Part shown: piece after piece, positions 9,481 through 16,886 of the stretch
Numbering within the stretch: the first letter of the stretch is position 1
Layout: each line of letters starts with the position of its first letter
Source: Candidatus Oleincola secundus
GTDB taxonomy: Bacteria; Atribacterota; Phoenicimicrobiia; Phoenicimicrobiales; Stramentimicrobiaceae
Length of the DNA: 30,495 bases
Direction of reading: 5' to 3'
NCBI GenBank assembly: GCA_018400815.1
Contig: JAGYLS010000014.1
Span: 1 to 30,495 of the forward strand
Notes under the pieces: generated by a model
The model's database searches: none
What the model was told of the DNA's origin: nothing
The model's input: only the letters and a program-made list of their open reading frames with translations
Program-made: the position numbers and the translations under genes

Positions 9481-9510
9481 ATCATATATCACACCTATGC
9501 AAATTGTCAA
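9481..9510 (-). promoter_or_regulatory. Sigma70-type promoter of the pyr operon
   Basis: Minus strand TTGACA-N18-TATGAT, just upstream of the first PyrR-like site. Confidence 0.6.
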
Positions 9511-9692
9511 TGAAAGTTGAAAAGAAATATTTCCGATATCATCTTATTTTTGATTATTTATGGTCTTTGGATGATTAATTAATATTGCTAAGTAGATGAA
9601 AATCATTGTTTATTATATTATAATTGGTAAAGTATTTGAAAAATATTATATATTAAAGAAACAAAAAACTATATGTTATATGGAGGAAAAAA

Positions 9693-10457
9693 ATTAACAT
9701 TCAATTTATTGAAACACATGCTCATCTGGATATGATTAAAAGGGAGCCAAGTGAAGTTATTGACGATGCTTTGAGAAAAGGTGTTATAAAAATTATTTCT
9801 ATTGGTATTGATTTGGAATCCAGTAGAAAGAATGCTTATTATGCATCTCAATTTATAAATGTGTACACTGCCATGGGTTTTCATCCCCATGAAAGCAAAA
9901 AGATGAACGATGAATATTTTGTTCAATTAGAAAAAATGCTATCAACTCCCAAAAATATTGCCCTTGGAGAGATAGGGTTAGATTATTACTATCTGCATAG
10001 CAGCAAAGAAGAACAGAAAAGGGCTTTTAGAGAGCAAATTGATTTAGCCAGAAGATACAATTTGCCCATAATTGTCCATGATAGAGATGCACATGAGGAT
10101 ACTATGAAAATATTAGAAGAAAAAGCTAAAAATATGAAAGTCGTTTTACATTGTTTTTCCGGTGATAAAAGTATGGCTGAATGGTGTGTGCAAAGAGGTT
10201 ATTATTTTGGTATCGGAGGAGTGGTAACTTTTAAAAATGCACGAGAATTAGCACAAATAGTAGAAGAGATTCCTCTTGAGAATATATTATTGGAAACAGA
10301 TTCCCCTTTTCTTACCCCTAGTCCATTTCGAGGGAAACCAAATGAGCCAAAATATATACCTTTAATTGCTAAAAAAATTGCTGAGCTGAAAGAGAAAAGA
10401 ATATCTGAAATAGCTAATATTACTACTGAGAATGCTAACCAATTTTTTGGATTCTAA
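9693..10457 (+). CDS. tatD: TatD family deoxyribonuclease
   Basis: GFHPH, ALGEIGLDYY, IIVHDRDAH, VLHCFSG, LLETDSPFL and NEP motifs. The N-terminal IETHAHLD motif lies upstream of ATG 9732, so the start is placed at ATT 9693, 6 nt after GGAGG (see findings). Confidence 0.93.
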   Translation: MNIQFIETHAHLDMIKREPSEVIDDALRKGVIKIISIGIDLESSRKNAYYASQFINVYTAMGFHPHESKKMNDEYFVQLEKMLSTPKNIALGEIGLDYYYLHSSKEEQKRAFREQIDLARRYNLPIIVHDRDAHEDTMKILEEKAKNMKVVLHCFSGDKSMAEWCVQRGYYFGIGGVVTFKNARELAQIVEEIPLENILLETDSPFLTPSPFRGKPNEPKYIPLIAKKIAELKEKRISEIANITTENANQFFGF

Positions 10458-10463
10458 TTTTAT

Positions 10464-10706
10464 TTAACCATTACCACCTTTTTAGAAGGTGGTAATGGTT
10501 AAATAAATGGTTTTACCATAAAAAGATTAAGATAAGCTAGATGACAATTTTTCACCTGAAGTCCAAAGTTGGAAGTTATATTGCTTAAAAATATTATAGC
10601 TAAAGTATAAATAAAAAATCGAAAGAAAAGGAGCTAAAAGGTAGTAAAAAGTTAAACCTCTTTTAGGGATTCTCAAAGCCACCCGCTATGCGGGTGCGAT
10701 ATTTAC
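10464..10706 (+). mobile_element. Dispersed repeat copy A (long form); putative non-autonomous IS200/IS605-like element or structured RNA
   Basis: 5' perfect 22-bp inverted repeat (10459-10480/10486-10507), a body nearly identical to copies B and C, and a 3' hairpin cacccgc-tat-gcgggtg followed by cgatatttac. Confidence 0.75.
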
Positions 10707-10819
10707 TGTTTAGCGGCTGCAATGATAGCTGTTAATGTATTATATAACAAAAATGATTGTTCAGCTTATTAATTAGAGTATTTTGATTAATTAAATTGCA
10801 AAAAAACTTCTAACTTTGT

Positions 10820-10848
10820 TTGACATTTGAATTGTTAATAGGTAAAAT
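10820..10848 (+). promoter_or_regulatory. Sigma70-type promoter of the Tyr leader/ABC operon
   Basis: TTGACA-N17-TAAAAT. Confidence 0.8.
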
Positions 10849-10896
10849 ATTTTAAAATAATAGAAAATTAAGCATAATAATGAAAAGAGAATTAAA

Positions 10897-10947
10897 ATGA
10901 TACAACAAGTAAATAATTATTATTACTACTATTATATTCCGGGGTAA
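10897..10947 (+). CDS. Tyrosine-rich attenuator leader peptide (MIQQVNNYYYYYYIPG)
   Basis: 16-codon ORF with six consecutive Tyr codons (tat tat tac tac tat tat), lying between the promoter and terminator hairpins upstream of an amino-acid ABC transporter. Confidence 0.8.
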   Translation: MIQQVNNYYYYYYIPG

Positions 10948-10994
10948 GTGCCTATCGGGTTTGGTAGTAGTAAGTAAGAGATTAGTTCTGATAC

Positions 10995-11046
10995 AAATAA
11001 ACCACGGGCGTTTACCTCAGGTAAATTCCTGTGGTTTATTTTTTTT
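10995..11046 (+). terminator. Attenuator terminator 1
   Basis: aaataaaccacggg/cctgtggtttattt stem with an inner tttacct-c-aggtaaa palindrome, followed by a T-run. Confidence 0.8.
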
Positions 11047-11079
11047 AACCACGGGTGTGTAAAGCATTCGTGGTTTTTT
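11047..11079 (+). terminator. Attenuator terminator 2 (tandem, related to terminator 1)
   Basis: aaccacgggtgt-gtaaa-gcattcgtggtt followed by a T-run. It shares aaccacggg...gtggttt with terminator 1. Confidence 0.75.
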
Positions 11080-11166
11080 ATATAAAAATAGAGAGGGGAT
11101 GATAGATGATTCAAATTAATATACTGGAATTCAATAAAAAATACTCAAAAAAAGGGAGGAAATAAA

Positions 11167-12192
11167 ATGAGAACAAATTCAAATCGTTCAGTCGTTCTTA
11201 TGATTGTTAGTGTGATGTTAATAATTATTACTTTTATGATAATGAGTGCACCTGTTTTAGCTGAACAGCTAAAAATTGGAATTAGTCAAATTGTAGAGCA
11301 TCCGGCGTTAGATAACTGTCGAGATGGTTTTGTGGACGGAATGGAAAAAGCAGGATACAATACCGGTGAAGATGTTGTTTATGATTTTCAGAATGCCCAG
11401 GGAGAATTCAGTAATGCAATTTCGATTGCTCAAAAATTCAAGGATGATCAGGTTGATATTATTGTAGCAATTTCTACTCCAATTGCCCAGGCTGCAGCAC
11501 AGGTTACCAGTGAAATACCGATTATCATTGGGGCTATTACTGATCCCGTAGCAGCCAATATTGCTGAAAGCTGGGAAAGTTCCGGAAATAATATAACCGG
11601 CATGTCTGATGCAGCTCCAAACGAAGCACAGTTAAAATTAATACCAAGATTTTTCCCTCAAGCAACTAAAGTAGGTACAATTTATAATGCGGGTGAAGCC
11701 AACTCGGTGGTTCAAGTAGAACTTTCTCGAGAAATATGTCAAGACTTAGGATTAGAACTGGTTGAAGCAACAGTAAGCAATTCCAATGAGGTATTAATGG
11801 CTGCTCAATCCCTGGTCGGAAGAGTAGATGTATTTTATATAGTGACAGATAATGTTGCAGTATCTGCCTTTAGTTCTATTGTAAAAGTTTCATTAGAAGA
11901 AAACATACCAATCATTGTAGCTGATCCTACCTTTGTTACGGAGGGGGGATTAACTTCTTTTGGAATTGATTATTTTACTCTTGGACAGAAAAGTGCAGAA
12001 AAGGCAATACAGATTTTACAGGGAAAATTGCCTTCTGAAATACCTATTGGAAAATTAGATAAACCGGAAGAATTAAAATTTGTTATTAATATGGACATTG
12101 CGCAACAGCTAAATCTGGAAATACCTGCCGATCTATTAGGGGAAGCAGATTCTATTTTTCTAGGTGGGGTCAGCTGGGATCGAAGTGAATAA
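11167..12192 (+). CDS. ABC transporter substrate-binding protein (ABC_sub_bind; TrpX/CD0873-like aromatic amino-acid binding, probably tyrosine)
   Basis: KIGISQIVEHPALD, QNAQG, AITDPV, GNNITGMSD, YNAGEANSVVQ and TDN motifs; hydrophobic signal peptide; Tyr leader upstream. Confidence 0.9.
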   Translation: MRTNSNRSVVLMIVSVMLIIITFMIMSAPVLAEQLKIGISQIVEHPALDNCRDGFVDGMEKAGYNTGEDVVYDFQNAQGEFSNAISIAQKFKDDQVDIIVAISTPIAQAAAQVTSEIPIIIGAITDPVAANIAESWESSGNNITGMSDAAPNEAQLKLIPRFFPQATKVGTIYNAGEANSVVQVELSREICQDLGLELVEATVSNSNEVLMAAQSLVGRVDVFYIVTDNVAVSAFSSIVKVSLEENIPIIVADPTFVTEGGLTSFGIDYFTLGQKSAEKAIQILQGKLPSEIPIGKLDKPEELKFVINMDIAQQLNLEIPADLLGEADSIFLGGVSWDRSE

Positions 12193-12227
12193 ACAAGATT
12201 GTTGAGAGATGGAGGAGTTAACGTAAT

Positions 12228-13157
12228 ATGAGTTGGAGCTTAGTATTTCATGCAATAGAGCAGGGACTTGTTTTTGGAATTATGGCATTGGGAGTATATA
12301 TAACTTTTCAGGTATTGGATTTTCCGGATTTGTCCGTTGATGGCAGTTTCCCACTGGGTGCGGCTATTACTGCTAAAATAATTTTTTCGGGAGGACACCC
12401 GTTAGTAGCAATTTTCTGGGCAATTATTGGTGGTTTAATGGCAGGGGGATTAACAGCTTTTTTTCATACTAGGCTAAAATTTACCAATTTGCTGTCTGGC
12501 ATACTAACCATGACCTTGCTTTACTCGGTAAACCTGAGGATTATGGGAAAATCAAATATTCCATTATTGGGAAAAATTACAATACTCGATAATATAAAGA
12601 GTTTGTTTCCATCACTTACGATGGATCAGTTAACTCCTTTACTCTTTTTATTTATTGTTTTGCTTGTCAAAATATTGCTGGATTATTTTCTTTCTACTGA
12701 AATAGGTATGGCAATTCGAGCAACTGGAGATAACGAGCAGATGATTTTAAGTTTGGGTGTCGATACAAAAATAACTAAAATTATTGGCTTATGCCTTTCT
12801 AACGGATTAGTTGCTCTTTCGGGTTCTCTTTTTGCCCAGTATTCTGGATTTGCTGATGTAGGAATGGGAATCGGTACAATTGTTGCTGGTTTGGCTTCAG
12901 TAATTATCGGGCGCAGCATTATTAAGAATGGCAATATTGTCTGGATGACTACCAGTGTGATTATAGGTTCAATTATTTATCGTGCAACAGTCATGATTGC
13001 ACTGAGGTATGGTTATCACTTTGGTTTTCAACCGGGAGACTTGAAACTTATTTCAGTTGTTTTGGTAGTAATTGCTTTAACTTTTCCGCTAGTTCGGGGA
13101 AGGGTTAAAGCGATGGTAATGTCTAATGATTCGAGTTCAACAGAGAAAGAACAATAA
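12228..13157 (+). CDS. ABC transporter permease (BPD_transp_2)
   Basis: EQGLVFGIMALGVYITF, DLSVDGSFPLGAA, GMAIRATGDN and FADVGMGIGTIVAGLASVIIG; multiple TM segments. Confidence 0.92.
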   Translation: MSWSLVFHAIEQGLVFGIMALGVYITFQVLDFPDLSVDGSFPLGAAITAKIIFSGGHPLVAIFWAIIGGLMAGGLTAFFHTRLKFTNLLSGILTMTLLYSVNLRIMGKSNIPLLGKITILDNIKSLFPSLTMDQLTPLLFLFIVLLVKILLDYFLSTEIGMAIRATGDNEQMILSLGVDTKITKIIGLCLSNGLVALSGSLFAQYSGFADVGMGIGTIVAGLASVIIGRSIIKNGNIVWMTTSVIIGSIIYRATVMIALRYGYHFGFQPGDLKLISVVLVVIALTFPLVRGRVKAMVMSNDSSSTEKEQ

Positions 13158-13173
13158 GAGGAGGTAATTGACT

Positions 13174-13965
13174 ATGCTTCGTTTAAGATCTGTATATAAA
13201 TGTTTTGCAAGAGGTACTTCATATGAAGTCAATGCTTTAACAGGAATTAATTTAAAAATTGCGGAAGGTGATTTCATAACAGTCATTGGCAGTAATGGGG
13301 CTGGAAAGTCAACCCTCCTGAATATCATATCCGGAACGATGTTGCCAGATAAAGGAATGATAAGAATAGATAATCAGGATGTAACAAAAAAAGCTGAGCA
13401 TTGCCGAGCCAAATACATTGGTCGTGTTTTTCAGGACCCACTAATGGGAACTGCCCCTTCTATGACTATAGAAGAAAACCTGGTACTCTCTATAAAGCGT
13501 TATGGTAGAGGACTAAGGTTAGGATTGAACAATAAGAGAAGAGAATTTTTCCGAAACAAACTGGCAGAGTTAGAACTGGGGTTGGAGAATATGCTATCAA
13601 AGAAAGTAGCTTTGCTGTCCGGAGGGCAAAGACAGGCTTTAACGATTTTAATGGCAACAATGTTTGATCCAAAATTGCTTTTATTGGATGAACATACCGC
13701 ATCCCTTGATCCGGGTATTAGTAAAAAAATACAGGCAATTACCCAGGAAATTGTTAAAGAAAAAAAATTAACAACAATCATGGTAACTCATAATATGCAA
13801 GAAGCATTAAGACTAGGCAAACGAACTATTATGATGGACCGTGGTCGTATTATACTTGATATATCCGGCAAAGAAAGAGAAAATGTTACTATTGATTATT
13901 TATTAAAGCAATTTGCAAAATTAAGAAAAGAAGAATATATTGAAGATGAATTAGTATTAGCCTGA
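13174..13965 (+). CDS. ABC transporter ATP-binding protein
   Basis: Walker A GSNGAGKST, signature LSGGQRQ, Walker B LLLLDEHT. ATG 13174 (9 nt after GGAGG) is preferred to TTG 13168. Confidence 0.93.
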   Translation: MLRLRSVYKCFARGTSYEVNALTGINLKIAEGDFITVIGSNGAGKSTLLNIISGTMLPDKGMIRIDNQDVTKKAEHCRAKYIGRVFQDPLMGTAPSMTIEENLVLSIKRYGRGLRLGLNNKRREFFRNKLAELELGLENMLSKKVALLSGGQRQALTILMATMFDPKLLLLDEHTASLDPGISKKIQAITQEIVKEKKLTTIMVTHNMQEALRLGKRTIMMDRGRIILDISGKERENVTIDYLLKQFAKLRKEEYIEDELVLA

Positions 13966-14014
13966 TTGACTGCTGAGTAGATTATTTTGATTAAAGAAAA
14001 TAATACATATTACA

Positions 14015-14199
14015 GTAAATATCGCACCCGCATAGCGGGTGGCCTTAAGAACCTCTAAAAGAGGTTTAACTTTTTAGCTCTTTTTCTTTCAATTTTTTAT
14101 TTATACTTTAGCTATAATATTTTTAAGCAATATAACTTCCGACTTTGGACTTCAGGTGAAAAATTGTCATCTAGCTTATCTTAATCTTTTTATGGTTAA
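14015..14199 (-). mobile_element. Dispersed repeat copy B (short form, inverted)
   Basis: The reverse complement is nearly identical to the body and 3' hairpin of copy A (about 10513-10706). It lacks the 5' hairpin module. Confidence 0.75.
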
Positions 14200-14235
14200 A
14201 TAAAATCCCCAGATATTTTTGGGGATTTTTTATTT
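14198..14235 (+). terminator. Intrinsic terminator downstream of the ABC operon (possibly bidirectional)
   Basis: aaaatcccca-gatatttt-tggggattttttattt. Confidence 0.7.
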
Positions 14236-14317
14236 ATGATAAAATAAAAAAAAGAAAATAAAAAAGCATTTTAAATAAATCAACTTATTACTATTTAATT
14301 ATCAATGGGGGCAGACA

Positions 14318-15529
14318 ATGACCAGAAAACTATACCATGAAAATTCCTATCAAAGAAAATTTCGAGCAACGGTTCTTGATAAAAAGGTGGAAAAAGAAAC
14401 TTCTGCTTTAATTCTGGATCAAACATACTTTTACCCAAATGCAGGGGGACAGCTTTGTGACAGGGGGGCAATTGAAGGATTACCAGTTATTGATGTTCAG
14501 GAGATAGACGGCAATATTATCCATTATATAAAAGGTGATATTTTGATAAACCAAGGTGATATTATAACCGGAGAAATTGACTGGAAGCACCGTTTTGACC
14601 ATATGCAACAACATAGCGGGCAACATGTCTTATCAGGCATCTTAATGTCTATTTGGCAGAAAGAGACACTATCGTTTCATATGGGTGAAGAGGTATGCAC
14701 TCTTGATATTTCTTATACTTCTCTTGATGAAAAAAAAGGTGACCATCTGGAAGAGATGGCAAATCAAGTAATTTATGATAATAAAACAATTCGTCAATAC
14801 TATCTGGAGGACGATAGTAACAATATTACTGAGAAATTAAGAAAAAAACAGGAATTGCATGAAAAATTACGGATAGTTGAAATCGATAAATTTGACTTGA
14901 CTGCATGTGGTGGAACGCATTGTAAAAGTACAGGAGAGATAGCAATTATTAAGATAACTGGTTGGGAAAATCGTAAAGATAAAACCAGGATATCTTTTCT
15001 TTGCGGCCATCGTGCACTTGCTGACTACCGGAAGAAACACCAGATTATTAAACATATTTCAGGCTTTTTTACAGTTGGTGTTAACCAATTGGAAGAAAAA
15101 GTTGCCCAATTAAGTAAAGAAAAAAACGAATTAACAAAAGGATTCAATAGAATAGAAAAAGAATTAATTCGATATGAAGCAGAAGAATTAAAGGTAAAGT
15201 ATAGTAAGAAGGAAAAGGACTATTTTCTAGTAAGCAAACTATTTTCTGAAAAGCCTGTTCATCTTCTTCGGCAAATATCTTTAATGTTAATTAATGAACA
15301 AAAATGCTTAGTCATTATAGGGGCTGAAAAGCCGGAACCAGTTATATGTTTAGCCTGTTCTCAAGATTTTACTATTCATATGGGAGAATTAACAAAACAA
15401 ATAATGATAGAATATAATGGAAAAGGCGGAGGTTCGAATTTTATGGCAGTGGGTAAACTAACAAGGAGTGCAGATCTCTTAAAAGTTTTTAATAAGACCA
15501 CTAAACTTATTTTTCAGAAAGTGCAATAA
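14318..15529 (+). CDS. Alanyl-tRNA editing protein (AlaX-like with C-terminal DHHA1 domain)
   Basis: LDQTYFYPNAGGQLCDRG, RFDHMQQHSGQH (HxxxH), ACGGTH (CxxxH) and C-terminal GKGGG. Confidence 0.88.
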   Translation: MTRKLYHENSYQRKFRATVLDKKVEKETSALILDQTYFYPNAGGQLCDRGAIEGLPVIDVQEIDGNIIHYIKGDILINQGDIITGEIDWKHRFDHMQQHSGQHVLSGILMSIWQKETLSFHMGEEVCTLDISYTSLDEKKGDHLEEMANQVIYDNKTIRQYYLEDDSNNITEKLRKKQELHEKLRIVEIDKFDLTACGGTHCKSTGEIAIIKITGWENRKDKTRISFLCGHRALADYRKKHQIIKHISGFFTVGVNQLEEKVAQLSKEKNELTKGFNRIEKELIRYEAEELKVKYSKKEKDYFLVSKLFSEKPVHLLRQISLMLINEQKCLVIIGAEKPEPVICLACSQDFTIHMGELTKQIMIEYNGKGGGSNFMAVGKLTRSADLLKVFNKTTKLIFQKVQ

Positions 15530-15570
15530 GTAATAAAGAAATTTATAAATTATAGGATTATATTTATGTT

Positions 15571-16737
15571 ATGAAAAAAAATGGGAATAAGATTAACATT
15601 ATTAAGAATAAATATAGAGTGCTGAAAATATTTATTCTAGTTGTTTTTATTTTATTATCTATAATAGCACCTGCTATCTGTACAGATCGTGACTTTGAAA
15701 AAGAAGAAAAGATTGGCCGAAAAATGGCCAAAAGAGTTGAAAGACAGTATGATTTAATTGAAGATCGTGAATCCTTACGGAGAGTTCAAAGAATAGGGGA
15801 ACACTTGAGGAGTATTTCGGGCATTAAGCAGATAAACTATCAATTTAATATTATTGAAAGAGACGGTCCAAATGCCTTTGCATTTCCCGGAGGTTTTATT
15901 TACATCACTGCTGATTTGTTTGATTATATTCATTCAGATGATGAGTTGGCTGCAGTAATTGCTCATGAGATGGGCCATGTTATACATCAGCATTCTATAA
16001 AACAGATGCAGGACAATCGCAAGATGAAATTAGTAGAACTTTTTGCAATATTATTAACTGGAGATCCGACGATAGGGCTTTTAGGAGAACTAACCACCAT
16101 TACTGTACTTAATAATTATCGTAGAGAGTATGAAGAAGAGGCTGATTTAACCGCACTTGAATTGTTAAATCAGAGCCCGGATTATCATGCAGTAGCATTG
16201 TTGACTTACTTTGAAAGAGTGGGCAGTGAACAATTATTAAAGCCAAATCAGAATTTAGGTATTTTCCAAACTCACCCTGATTTGGAGGAACGAGTTAAAA
16301 AAGTCAAACAATATTTAAAAGAAAATGGAATTACCATAAATCGTCGTTTAACTACTAATTATCTTACTGTTAATGGGGCATACAAAGAACAGGCTAATAA
16401 TTTATTAATCGCCCGAATATTCATTAATGATGAGGAGATGTTTAGATTTTCTGGTAAAGAAGAGGAATTAATTTGTCAAAAATTGGAAGAGATTGTATTA
16501 AAATTTGATCAATCATTAAGACTTGATTTGGAGCCTTATGAAATTATCTTATACTCAGACGAAGAACAAAAATGCACTTTAAGAATCGGAAGTGAAAAAA
16601 TTGTATCATTGTCTCGAGAAGAGGTAGATTTTCAGGGTTTAACTGCTACTGAGGTCCTGGAAAAATCCAGGAAAAGAATATCTGAAATTCTCTGGCAACT
16701 AAAATTAGAATTGCCTATACTATTTTTAAAAAAGTAA
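15571..16737 (+). CDS. M48 family (BepA/HtpX-like) exported zinc metalloprotease with C-terminal extension
   Basis: Signal peptide, PNAFAFPGG, DELAAVIAHEMGH, YRREYEEEAD and FQTHP. Confidence 0.88.
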   Translation: MKKNGNKINIIKNKYRVLKIFILVVFILLSIIAPAICTDRDFEKEEKIGRKMAKRVERQYDLIEDRESLRRVQRIGEHLRSISGIKQINYQFNIIERDGPNAFAFPGGFIYITADLFDYIHSDDELAAVIAHEMGHVIHQHSIKQMQDNRKMKLVELFAILLTGDPTIGLLGELTTITVLNNYRREYEEEADLTALELLNQSPDYHAVALLTYFERVGSEQLLKPNQNLGIFQTHPDLEERVKKVKQYLKENGITINRRLTTNYLTVNGAYKEQANNLLIARIFINDEEMFRFSGKEEELICQKLEEIVLKFDQSLRLDLEPYEIILYSDEEQKCTLRIGSEKIVSLSREEVDFQGLTATEVLEKSRKRISEILWQLKLELPILFLKK

Positions 16738-16805
16738 ATGCTTTAACTAATAAGAGGATGAATTTCCTAAACATTAAAAAAGTTATTATTATATTTTCCC
16801 ATATT

Positions 16806-16860
16806 AAAGACCCGGATATTAATCTCAAAAGGTTGAATTAAATACCCGGGTCTTTTGTTT
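16806..16860. terminator. Putative bidirectional terminator between convergent genes
   Basis: aaagacccgg ... ccgggtcttt inverted repeat with a T-rich tail, between the M48 and NSS genes. Confidence 0.6.
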
Positions 16861-16886
16861 TAATTTTAAGTACTTACTAAATAAGC

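Noticed and set aside
10581..10611. Outward promoter within the repeat (TTGCTT...TATAAA)
   Set aside because: The spacer is 19 bp in an AT-rich background, and the downstream genes have better promoters outside the repeat.
10464..10706. Classical MITE with TIRs and TSD
   Set aside because: The two ends are not inverted copies of each other and no flanking duplication is visible.
10709..10734. G-U-rich hairpin just after copy A (ttagcggctg/tagctgttaa)
   Set aside because: It is weak, occurs once and has no U-tail, so no function can be supported.
10860..11079. T-box riboswitch upstream of the ABC transporter
   Set aside because: ACCACGG occurs twice but without the preceding GGTGG T-box core, and no specifier stem is evident. 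The Tyr leader peptide explains the region better.
10932..11114. 60-aa minus-strand ORF across the attenuator
   Set aside because: It is antisense to the leader and terminators, with no SD or motif.
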